Source: Laetmonice hystrix (lineage: Eukaryota). Taken from it: a stretch of DNA of 64,000 nt. This document shows positions 53,324 through 63,472 of this stretch, piece after piece. Where the stretch lies: positions 4,342,001 through 4,406,000 of the forward strand of contig OZ249436.1 of the NCBI GenBank assembly GCA_965235115.1. The letters are read 5' to 3'. The notes under the pieces were generated by a model, which saw nothing but the letters and a program-made list of their open reading frames with translations, did not search any database and was not told where the DNA came from. Position 1 is the first letter of the stretch. Every line of letters begins with the position of its first letter. The position numbers were made by a program, and so were the translations under genes.

Positions 53324-53437
53324 TCATTCACATCTCATCCCACATCACCTCCCCCACATGTCGAGTCAACCATTGTACCTTAGTACAATGGTTGACTCGA
53401 CATGTGGGGGAGGTGATGTGGGATGAGATGTGAATGA
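53324..53437. repeat. Perfect inverted repeat, 55-bp arms, 4-nt loop
   Basis: 53324-53378 is the exact reverse complement of 53383-53437; loop ctta. Confidence 0.95.
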
Positions 53438-53447
53438 CCTGTTAGTG

Positions 53448-53688
53448 ACGCCACCAGGGGGCGTGGGAAACACAAAGGTAGACCCACAGGTTGATTGCCT
53501 GGGCGTGGGTTCACCCTGAATGTAAGGTGCGGTTAATCAACATTAAAAAGGTCGGTACGTGTATGGAGTGTAGGCCCCTATGTCACAGACAGTGGTACGT
53601 CTTTGAAGGTTCAATAGGCCTAAACATGGAGTGTGACATGTGCTTTGTTGACTGACCTGATCGTGGTACTATTGACCAGGGGGCGTTA
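53448..53688 (+). promoter_or_regulatory. Two co-oriented CTCF-like motifs
   Basis: acgCCACCAGGGGGCGtg (53448-53465) and ttgACCAGGGGGCGtta (53672-53688). Confidence 0.45.
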
Positions 53689-54176
53689 CTGGTCACACCG
53701 CCATCTACCCACAGGTAGAGGTCAAGGTCACACAATGACGTGTTACGGCGCTGTAGGTGTACATGTATACATGTTGATGGTTTCCGTAACATCTGCTAAC
53801 GTAAAGATTGTTCAACCTCCACGGGTGGGTGGTGGGGAGGGGTGGGGGCGTGGAGGGGGCGTGTACCAGCTGTCCCAACCCCACCCTACAGCGGATCAGA
53901 TGACCTCGTGGTCACTTTGGAAACGTCCTGCAAAGAGAAAAGAGCCACAGGTATTCAGGTATCTGGTTTTTCTGGTTTTACTACGTCTGTAAATCAGCTT
54001 GGCAGTTTGACCTTTAACCTTGAACGATCAAATACTGTCATAAGGAAGGTGCTTCATTAACTCATCACTCGGTGAACTGAACGGCATGACATACTCGTGT
54101 CAGGTCATTTACACAGTTACAAGGGTTCATGTAAATCACGCGTATAATCACTGAGAAAACATGGACGTCGGACACG

Positions 54177-54511
54177 ATTTTGTGCTGGTCACCTTGCTGA
54201 TATCGTGACGCAGCCATCCTGTCGAGGTGATGTCAAGGTCATTTTGTGCTGGTCACCTTGCTGATTTCGTGACGCAGCCATTCTGTCAAGGTGATGTCAA
54301 GGTCATTTTGTGTTGGTCACCTTGCTGATATCGTGACGCAGCCATCCTGTCAAGGTGATGTCAAGGTCATTTTGTGTTGGTCACCTTGCTGATATCGTGA
54401 TGCAGCCATCCTGTCAAGGTGATGTCAAGGTCATTTTGTGTTGGTCACCTTGCTGATATCGTGACGCAGCCATCCTGTCAAGGTGATGTCAAGGTCATTT
54501 TGTGTTGGTCA
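54177..54511. repeat. Tandem array, 64-bp unit, about 5 copies
   Basis: attttgtgttggtcaccttgctgatatcgtgacgcagccatcctgtcaaggtgatgtcaaggtc. Confidence 0.94.
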
Positions 54512-55529
54512 TCTATTTTCAGTTGTTCCATTCTTGCAAAAACGCACGCCGCACACCGCACGCCGTGTGCATGTGAAAGCACCTTCAGTCTGGTAAGGTG
54601 GACGGGAAGGTCTTAATTACATACGACTAACTATAGACCTATACCAGCGACCGTCAAACTTTAGGCGGGCTGTTTATTGTTTTAATGGGCGGCCAGAATA
54701 CATGTAGCCTACTGCTACAAGAAAATCTACTAATTATTGCATCTAAAATGGAATATTTTTACGGCCTGTCTCGATTCCGCTGTCGTTCTGACCCAATTAT
54801 CATGCAGGCCTGTGGTAGAATCGTGAGTGGGGGGTCTCATTTCCTCATTGTTTGTGCATAGTGAACAATGACGTTGTCATTGTCTCGTGACTGGCCGGCA
54901 CGACAATGTCCAAGTATTCCGTGAGTTGCCAGACTTTGCTTTCCTGCATGTATCGACATCCACTCCCGACCCGACATTATACACAGACCAGGATCTCATG
55001 GTGGCATACATGATCGACGTGCTGCCAAAACCATGCCCAGTCGCCATGTCTACGTCTGACACAGATCGGACAAGAAATACCGTCCGTCGTCTAGGTGACA
55101 ATTGGTCATGATTCTAGCGAACGCACAGAAGGATCATGGCCAGAAATTGGCAGAAATTTTTAATAGCTGGCCTGGAAATCTTGAAATATATAATGTCATA
55201 GAATCCTATGAATTATGTCTTATATTATTGAGCCGAGAATATGACCCCGTAGATAATTGAGCACAGGTCAGTAACCCGAGAACACACCAGAGATCACTTT
55301 AGACGAAGATAAGCTGCCGTATATGATATTGATGTCATTGTACTGTAACGTATGCAGGCGTACAGTCTACCTTGGGCTTTACTCTTACTTCAAAGCTTTG
55401 ATTATAATGGTTCTAATTTTAAACTTCTGCCCATTTCCATAGTTTTGTTTCAGCTGTTGAGTGATTTCTTTTCTCAGTTTTATCTGCGCCCTGGTTGTTG
55501 ATTATGTAGGCTTATATACATGTGTATCA

Positions 55530-55885
55530 GGTTGATAGGTGAACCGATTATATAGGCCCTACTATATCCGTGATATAGAAGAACTTGATGGGTTGATAGG
55601 TGAACCGATTATATAGGCCCTACTATATCCGTGATATAGAAGAAATTGATGGGTTGATGGGTCAACCGATTATATAGGCCCTACTATATCCGTGATATAG
55701 AAGAAATTGATGGGTTGATGGGTCAACCGATTATATAGGCCCTACTATATCCGTGATATAGAAGAAATTGATGGGTTGATGGGTCAACCGATTATATAGG
55801 CCCTACTATATCCGTGATATAGAAGAAATTGATGGGTTGATGGGTCAACCGATTATATAGGCCCTACTATATCCGTGATATAGAA
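55530..55885. repeat. Tandem array, 61-bp unit, about 6 copies
   Basis: ggttgatgggtcaaccgattatataggccctactatatccgtgatatagaagaaattgatg. Confidence 0.94.
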
Positions 55886-55954
55886 GGAATTTAGTGGAAG
55901 GGCTCTGGTTTCATAACTCTGAGCATCATGTTGTTAAAAATCTCGCTTAAAGTG

Positions 55955-56258
55955 TTCCTTTTGTCATTTTTTCAGGTAACATCAGGGTACATGATGCAGA
56001 GCGAGGAGTACCAGCCTGGGAACGATCAACACACGGTACTAATGGATTCCTGCCTGGAGAAACCACCTACCGGAGGATTGTGAACACGGGAGGACAGCGT
56101 CCTCCAGGCGTTCGACCCCCCCCCCCGTCCTGCCGTAATTTACTCGTTACCTGACAACTACAACTAGACACGTGTATGCACGGACACACGTGTATGCACA
56201 GACACACGTGTATGCACGGACACACGTGTCATAATGATCTAACCTAGGACAGGTAAGG
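55955..56258 (+). other. Candidate exon: strong acceptor, 30-aa ORF (55991-56083, MMQSEEYQPG...), donor CAG|GTAAGG at 56253
   Basis: ttccttttgtcattttttcAG| with AG at 55974-55975; short ORF; consensus donor downstream. Confidence 0.35.
56168..56229. repeat. 18-bp unit with CACGTG, about 3.5 copies
   Basis: gacacacgtgtatgcacg. Confidence 0.85.
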
Positions 56259-57162
56259 ATTGAGAGAAGTTAGCGGTCGGTGTGGGGGTGAGGGGGTGAC
56301 GTAGGCAGCCAGGTGACTGACACCCACACAGGAGGTGGGTGGATGGCGCGTCCATGGATCCGGCTTCACTAACACCCCGGGCAGAAACAAGGTCAGCGCT
56401 GAGATCGCTGCCGCCGTGGAGGAGGTCCACTCCAGGCGACTCCAGCTCGGCCTGACAGGTGAACAACTCACTGGGGGAGTATTGCTCAGCCCGGCCGCTG
56501 TGTGGCGCTGTAGTCGCAGCAGGTTGCAGGTCGTGGAGTGTACAGTTGTAGGTGGCAGTCCTCACTAACTGGTGGCGCCGACCGGTGAAATCGCCACAAA
56601 ATGACGGACATCAGTAGACTTTACCAAGGGGGAAATTGAACGAACAAGAAATTACAGCCTAAACGTAAGTTGGACTTTGCCTGTGGCGCAGGAGCCAGAG
56701 CGAACCCCCTGAAAGATATTTTGAGGACGAGGAAAGCCTGATGTATTTTTGGTGAAGACGTTTGTGGATACTGGCAAGAGACAACCTCAGGTCGTTCAGG
56801 ACCGTCCCATCCCTGACATGCCAACCTTTTCAAGAAACCAAATTGCTAATTACAAAAAAAATCTCGGCTCCAAAGTTCACTTCCCAGCCGAGCCCAGCCA
56901 CTGATGGGACAGCACCAGTTTAGCCTGAGTCAACTAAGTGCCATTTATTTCTTGTCAGAGACCATGAAAGCCCACGTAATGCTAATGCTTGAGCATATTT
57001 GCGATAAGTTGTCAATGCGATAACATATCGAATTATTGACTGCGGTGAGTCTTGTTTAAATATCAGGCCACGTGTTGGAGGTGTGCGGTTTACGTGTTGA
57101 TGTTGGCGGAACTGGCTGACAGCTCGTCCCACGGGCCGGTTTTACCTTGTGACGATGACAAC

Positions 57163-57247
57163 ATGATCAAAGATGCACACAGTGCCACCGTTCATTGTCC
57201 CAGTCCCAGTATGAGAAATGGTACAATGAATGCTGGCGAGGGTGAGT
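57163..57247 (+). other. Candidate small coding 5' exon (MIKDAHSATVHCPSPSMRNGTMNAGE, phase-1 donor)
   Basis: ATG at 57163; donor G|GTGAGT at 57242, 1.5 kb before the Kir ORF. A phase-1 acceptor exists at tcAG|AC (58770/58771) but has a weak pyrimidine tract. Confidence 0.3.
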
Positions 57248-57505
57248 AATTGGATTGGATTTCTTGGGGTTCGACAGCGCTGTGGATGGAGAAATCGGGT
57301 TGTGTGAAGTCGTAGGTCGACTACTAGCAGCTGTAGGAATGGCTACATGAGTGGCAGACCACCAGACAACCACGCCAATAGATCCTACCATTAGTCTGGA
57401 TTGATCACATCTGCCGCCAGCAAAGGTGAAAAATGTTCCGTCACTGAGTATTACTTGATCACTTCTCCTGCAGGAATCATCGCGGAGAATCAATGTAGAC
57501 CTCCA

Positions 57506-58275
57506 GCAACGTGTGCACCATCTCCACAGCCTACTCAGCTGACAGCAATCAACGTGTGCACCATCTCCACGGCCTACTCAGCTGACAGCAACCAACGTGT
57601 GCACCATCTCCACGGCCTACTCGGCTGACAGCAATCAACGTGTGCACCATCTCCACCGCCTGATCAGCTGACAGCAACCAACGTGTGCACCATCTCCACC
57701 GCCTGCTCAGCTGACAGAAACCAACGTGTGCACCATCTCCACCGCCTACTGACCTGACAGCAACCAACGTGTGCACCATCTCCACCGCCTACTGACCTGA
57801 CAGCAACCAACGTGTGCACCATCTCCACCGCCTACTCATCTGACAACAACCAACGTGTGCACCATCTCCACCGCCTGCTCAGCTGACAACAACCAACGTG
57901 TGCACCATCTCCACCGCCTGCTCAGCTGACAGCAACCAACGTGTGCACCATCTCCACGGCCTGCTCATCTGACAACAACCAACGTGTGCACCATCTCCAC
58001 CGCCTGCTCAGCTGACAGAAACCAACGTGTGCACCATCTCCACCGCCTACTCATCTGACAACAACCAACGTGTGCACCATCTCCACCGCCTGCTCAGCTG
58101 ACAGCAACCAACGTGTGCACCATCTCCACGGCCTGCTCAGCTGACAGCAACCAACGTGTGCACCATCTCCACGGCCTGCTCAGCTGACAGCAACCAACGT
58201 GTGCACCATCTCCACGGCCTGATCATCTGACAGCAATCAACGTGTGCACCATCTCCACGGCCTGATCAGCTGACA
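57506..58275. repeat. Tandem array, 43-bp unit, about 18 copies
   Basis: caaccaacgtgtgcaccatctccaccgcctgctcagctgacag. Confidence 0.96.
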
Positions 58276-58531
58276 CCTGCCAGTTCAGGCATCAAGGCTC
58301 GATCACATTGCCAGACGTGGGAAATAAAAAAAACTCGAGTTGTTGACGACTGAGGAAGTGACGACTTGATCAGGCGGGAAAGGATAAAGTTGTTTTCGCA
58401 GTGGAGTGTGAAGGAGATCTTTTGCCTGGGAGGTGTTTAAGCACTGCGTTCTACTAATCGAACTCTGTTGGATGTTCAGGTGAAGCGGTTCAGATTATCA
58501 CGAATAGATCTTACAAATGTGCAACCTGTTC

Positions 58532-58544
58532 CACGTGTATAAAT
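58532..58544 (+). promoter_or_regulatory. E-box plus TATA (CACGTG TATAAAT), possible proximal promoter for an unspliced Kir isoform
   Basis: Motifs lie about 240 nt upstream of ATG 58782. Confidence 0.3.
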
Positions 58545-58781
58545 CAAGCCCAACATTTCACGAGTGGTGAAGAGAGTATGCTAGGGTGAGATGGGGGTCT
58601 GTTTATTGGACTGAAAACCAAAGATCCGTGGTTGAAGCGTGGTAGGTTACTGTCTGGGGTGGATGATAACATGCCTGTAGTCAGTGCAGCTCAGTGTCTG
58701 GTTCGATCACCCAGTCCTTGGTAAATTACGACTCTCTGGGCAGGACGTAATTAGGTCAGACCATGGTCAGACGACCTATGG

Positions 58782-60251
58782 ATGTCTGCCGTGATATTGA
58801 GGCCAAAGATGAAGCTGCAGCCATCGGGTAGCGACAGCACAGCAGGCTCTCAGCTGGAACTAGTGGGCAACCAGCAAAAGGAGGCTGTAGCTCATCCGTA
58901 CAGCCCGACGGATACCAGCACTCCGCTAACTCCTGTCCCATCGGCTGACACCTTTAATGACTTCTCCAACAGGTATGCTCTCCAGTCCCCTAACGGCCCC
59001 CTCCAGGTGCACAGGGACAGGTGGTACTCGAAGAGAGTCCGACGGAGACTGGTCTATAAAAACGGCGAGTGTAACATATCCCACACAAACATTAAGAAAA
59101 GGAGGCAGAGATACCTCGCTGATATCTTCACCACGCTGGTAGACATTAAGTGGAGGTGGAACCTGCTCATCTTCATCCTAGCATTCACTCTCAGTTGGCT
59201 GCTGTTTGCCCTTATCTGGTGGCTCATCTGCTTCTCTCACGGTGACTTTGAGAACCACGGTAACCTTGACTGGAAGCCGTGTGTGGAGGAAGTTCACGAC
59301 TTCACAACGGCTCTCCTCTTCAGTATAGAGACCCAGCACACCATAGGTTACGGGTCGAGACACACCACACCAAACTGTCCCGAGGCCATACTCATCATGA
59401 TGATGCAGTCATGTTTTGGTGTCATCATCCAAGCCCTCATGACGGGCCTTGTGTTCGCCAAACTTTCCCGCCCTAAGAAACGGGCGGAAACCCTCATGTT
59501 TAGTAAAAACGCCGTGATATGTAAACGTGACGGGGAGTTGTGTTTACTCTTCCGTGTCGGTGATATGAGACGGTCTCACATCGTGGAAGCTCACGTACGA
59601 GCCATCCTGATTAAAAAACGGGTAACGTTAGAAGGGGAAGTCATGCCTCTCTATCAACACGAACTACAGATGAGTGATATTGAAGGGGAATGTAAACTGT
59701 TTTTAGTCTGGCCCGTCATCATCCAGCACCGAATCGACGAGGCCAGCCCGTTTTGGGAGATGTCTGCCGAGGACCTACTCCGAGAACAGTTTGAACTGAT
59801 TGTTATCCTGGAGGGTATCGTTGAGTCGACAGGGATGACAACCCAAGCTCGGACCTCGTACCTTCCCGGGGAGATTCTATGGGGCCACCGCTTCGAGCGA
59901 CTCGTCACATTCCAGAAGGAAAATGGCGAGTATCAAATAGACTATTCTCGCTTCCATTCAACCATTGCTGTTGAAATTCCTCAGTGCTGTGCCAAGGATC
60001 TGTCTGAGTTAAACAAGGAGATGGGTGAGGGTGAGGACGCGGCGGGTGAGGAGGAGGAGGAAGAGGACAGTACCTCTGTGTCCTCCAGTATCCCGGCCCA
60101 GGAGGGTCGCCAACTCACTCCACTCATCATGAAACGGAGCAGCACCACACAGACCGCTAACCAAGTGCCAAATGACCTGGATAATGACTCTCGACAGTCG
60201 GAGGAGGATGAACAGGAGACCTACCACTACAATATGACAAATCATATATGA
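58782..60251 (+). CDS. KCNJ: Inward-rectifier potassium channel (Kir/KCNJ/Irk family), main coding exon, 489-aa ORF; true N-terminus may come from upstream exons
   Basis: Family motifs: RLVYKNGECNI, RYLADIFTTLVDIKWRW (slide helix), M1 LIFILAFTLSWLLFALIWWLI, conserved Cys pair (KPCV, PNCP), pore SIETQHTIGYG (TIGYG at 59340-59354), M2 then AKLSRPKKRAETLMFSKNAVI, SHIVEAHVRA, FELIVILEGIVESTGMTTQARTSYLPGEILWGHRF, DYSRFH. Acidic C-terminal tail. Subfamily orthology cannot be determined by eye. Confidence 0.97.
   Translation: MSAVILRPKMKLQPSGSDSTAGSQLELVGNQQKEAVAHPYSPTDTSTPLTPVPSADTFNDFSNRYALQSPNGPLQVHRDRWYSKRVRRRLVYKNGECNISHTNIKKRRQRYLADIFTTLVDIKWRWNLLIFILAFTLSWLLFALIWWLICFSHGDFENHGNLDWKPCVEEVHDFTTALLFSIETQHTIGYGSRHTTPNCPEAILIMMMQSCFGVIIQALMTGLVFAKLSRPKKRAETLMFSKNAVICKRDGELCLLFRVGDMRRSHIVEAHVRAILIKKRVTLEGEVMPLYQHELQMSDIEGECKLFLVWPVIIQHRIDEASPFWEMSAEDLLREQFELIVILEGIVESTGMTTQARTSYLPGEILWGHRFERLVTFQKENGEYQIDYSRFHSTIAVEIPQCCAKDLSELNKEMGEGEDAAGEEEEEEDSTSVSSSIPAQEGRQLTPLIMKRSSTTQTANQVPNDLDNDSRQSEEDEQETYHYNMTNHI
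58925..58972 (+). other. Candidate 3' splice acceptor inside the Kir ORF (exon would start at 58973, phase 2)
   Basis: Branch-like ctaac (58926) and ctgac (58945), then ctttaatgacttctccaacAG|G; lies just upstream of the conserved Kir region. Confidence 0.55.
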
Positions 60252-60277
60252 CATCTCGGGATAAACTGTCGGAATAA

Positions 60278-60286
60278 CAGGTGAGT
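60278..60286 (+). other. Consensus 5' splice donor 29 nt after the Kir stop codon
   Basis: CAG|GTGAGT at 60278-60286 is a perfect donor consensus. Confidence 0.55.
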
Positions 60287-60906
60287 TTCTACTCGGTGTG
60301 TTAGTTTGTGTGGTTGGAGGCGCGAGGATGTCTCCGTCGTCTTCTTGTCTCCAGTTTTGTGTTTCAGTCGAACAGGTTTCGTTAAAAAACAGGTTTCGTT
60401 AAAACCCACTGTTTATCATGGCGTGATCAAGACGCAACGGAAGTTTGTGAGAAAGTATGAGTATCAAAATATTTGGTGTGTGATCCAAAGGGAAGGGTGA
60501 TGATGTGAAAGGAATTTAAAGAGAGAACTTGCGTAAAACAGAATACCTGTGTGTGAAAATGATATTGTGGTAGGTACAGCATGGTGAGACGCCATCATTG
60601 GGCTTATTACGACCGTTTGAACCTTCTATACATTTGTTACATTGTGTGAACCAGAACAAACGTGCATCTTTCACTTTGGCTTGATTTACCAATTATCCAT
60701 TTTATTACAAAGATGTCAGCTTGACACAATGTTGATACCTTTATTGATATGAGTCATGTCACAAGTGGGTCCTCACTCGTTTGTTATTAGTCTACTTGAT
60801 TCATTATGAATTACAAACGACTGATTGACAGTTTTCTATCGCTGACCTTTCCAAGGCGGTTGATTGAACGTGTTTCCAGTGTGTGTGTGGACAGATCCGG
60901 CGTGAA

Positions 60907-61588
60907 AACAACACATAGATTGTCAGGAGAAGAGGAAGAAGTGCTGGTTAATGAACGTGTGTTCAAACAACAACACACAGATTGTCGGGAGAAGAGGAAG
61001 AAGTGGCGGTTAATGAACGTGTGTTCAAACAACAACAACACACAGATTGTCGGGAGAAGAGGAAGAAGTGGTGGTTAATGAACGTGTGTTCAAACAACAA
61101 CACACAGATTGTCGGGAGAAGAGGAAGAAGTGGTGGTTAATGAACGTGTGTTCAAACAACAACACACAGATTGTCGGGAGAAGAGGAAGAAGTGGTGGTT
61201 AATGAACGTGTGTTCAAACAACAACACACAGATTGTCGGGAGAAGAGGAAGAAGTGGTGGTTAATGAACGTGTGTTCAAACAACAACACACAGATTGTCG
61301 GGAGAAGAGGACGAAGTGGTGGTTAATGAACGTGTGTTCAAACAACAACACACAGATTGTCGGGAGAAGAGGAAGAAGTGGTGGTTAATGAACGTGTGTT
61401 CAAACAACAACACACAGATTGTCGGGAGAAGAGGAAGAAGTGGCGGTTAATGAACGTGTGTTCAAACAACAACACACAGATTGTCGGGAGAAGAGGAAGA
61501 AGTGGTGGTTAATGAACGTGTGTTCAAACAACAACACACAGATTGTCAGGAGAAGAGGAAGAAGTGGCGGTTAATGAACGTGTGTTCA
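60907..61588. repeat. Tandem array, 62-bp unit, about 11 copies
   Basis: aacaacaacacacagattgtcgggagaagaggaagaagtggtggttaatgaacgtgtgttca. Confidence 0.96.
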
Positions 61589-61614
61589 GGCGGACAACAG
61601 AGGCTGGTAATTAA

Positions 61615-62138
61615 AGGGGCATATTATGAGGAAACGTTAAAAATCGGTATTTCATAGAACTTTTGCTGTTTTCATAAAGAGATCCTTCATTAAAATTGCT
61701 TGGTAAACAAAGACAGACTTATCAGTTTCATTTTGCGTGAGAAATCGAAGTTTATTAAGCTCCCTTGCCCGCTTCTCTGCCGATTTCGTAAAATATTTTT
61801 TGGGTGGCATTCTGATGCCGGGCGATCGAGTGCCACCAAATTGTTTACAACTAAGCAAAGCACGTGACTAAGCACATGCAGAGAGTGCACACACAGGATG
61901 TGACACAGTATGCAATTACACGGGTTGATGGGAGGTTGTCTGCCAAATTATGGCGGGAGATGTGCTATCGGGAGAAATCTATAGGTTTGGTCGTATAGAA
62001 CCTAATTGTGGTGCATACGCAGCGAAAACACGTCGGAGGACAAAATGCTGTGGTAGGATTATTTATTGGATCCCTAGTACACGGTCATGTTGGATAATTG
62101 CCGGAAATCCTCAAAAACGTGTTTCATAGCATGCCCCT
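61615..62138 (-). mobile_element. Kolobok-like MITE, copy B (inverted relative to 40337-40855)
   Basis: TTAA at 61611-61614 and 62139-62142; termini AGGGGCAT...ATGCCCCT; its reverse complement aligns along copy A (the track shows near-identical MHSLHVLS... peptides on opposite strands). Confidence 0.85.
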
Positions 62139-62605
62139 TTAAAGTGATCCCACACTTTCAGTCTGGTTATGTGAGAGTCACTAACATTGTTTAAGTGGTG
62201 AGAGACATGGGGACAAATTCCAAAATTCAAAATTTGCTAAAATGGTATACTGCTGTTTCCCAATGTGCCTAAAATAATCCTCGTATGCGTAGCAAGGAAA
62301 GGTTAGGTCGTTCCATTGTCTTCACTGGCCCTGCCCCGTGCTCGGCTAGCACGCTATCAAAGGCTCAACCTGCTCTCATGGGGGCGCCACTGTCTGTGGT
62401 GAGAGGTAGCCCCATGCAGACAGAAAACAGGAAGTGCCTTATCTCGGACAGAAATTGAGGAATGACTACGCGGACTATTTTGTCTTAGAAATGTTAACAA
62501 TATGTTGTGATTTTACCATATTCTGGTGTAGTGTATGCTGCATTATTGTTTAAATAATGTTTGCATGACATAATGAGTTCTCAAATTCTGCATTTTTTCA
62601 CCATT

Positions 62606-63353
62606 CTAATTAAAGACATTGGCATAAATATGTGAAAATGAGTGGGCATATGGAAAAACTCCTGCCGGCTTTTCGAAAAGCGTATGGGAATGCCTCCCGG
62701 TAACAGGTTTCTTTATCACGTCATCCTCAACATCCTGGTACTTGGGGATCATTGGTTCCTGCCATACCGAGTATCTTATAAACGCTGTATTCTCGCCTAG
62801 AATATGGCATGTCGGCATACTGGCACCAGAACGTTAAACCAATAATTCTCTTACTTTTTCTTCCAAGGTCGCCAGGTCAATATGCTCTGAGTGTCAGCCA
62901 TTAAACCCCCACCGTTTTTATTTATACCCTTCCATGTGGTCGGAGAAAATTATACGCTTCCATGTGGTCGGAGAGAATACCTAGGTGAGGAATGACAGTC
63001 AAGCTGTTATCCGAAGGTAGCCCCGTACACTTTGTTCTGTTAGTACCAGCCGAGACAGCCACATGACAATGTCTGTGAGAGAACATACAAAAAGACCGTG
63101 TCGACAGGTTCAGACAGACTTGGGAGGCGAGACACAATAGGAAAAAAACCTGAAAGGAGCATCTGCCGACAATTCTTCCTGTACCACAGAGGTATGAAAG
63201 CATCTCCGAGTCAGAAGGCAACTCCTTCATGTGTCGATAGTGCACGCCGCCTGAAGGAATCTGTAGTATTAAGATAAGGTTTAGAATGGGCGCGATACGC
63301 GCAACATGGAATTCTGATCTTTTAATGGCAGTGCAATATTTCAAAAACAACAT
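62606..63353 (-). pseudogene. Two tandem decayed unknown ORFs separated by a TATA box
   Basis: The stop of ORF 62922-63353 overlaps TATAAATA; the next frame (EHIDLATLEEKVRELLV*...MPTCHILGENTAFIRYSVWQEPMIPKYQDVEDD) follows within about 30 nt. Confidence 0.25.
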
Positions 63354-63472
63354 TAGCTTATAGCTGTGGGAATATTACCAAAATTAGAGAAACAAACGGA
63401 TAGTTATTTTTTTTTATGAAAGAGCTAAAAGAAGCAAATATCCGCTTAGGGGCAGACAACATATAGACAGGT

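Noticed and set aside
56893..56917. REST/RE1-like site (GGACAGCACC) near the channel gene
   Set aside because: Only the right half-site matches.
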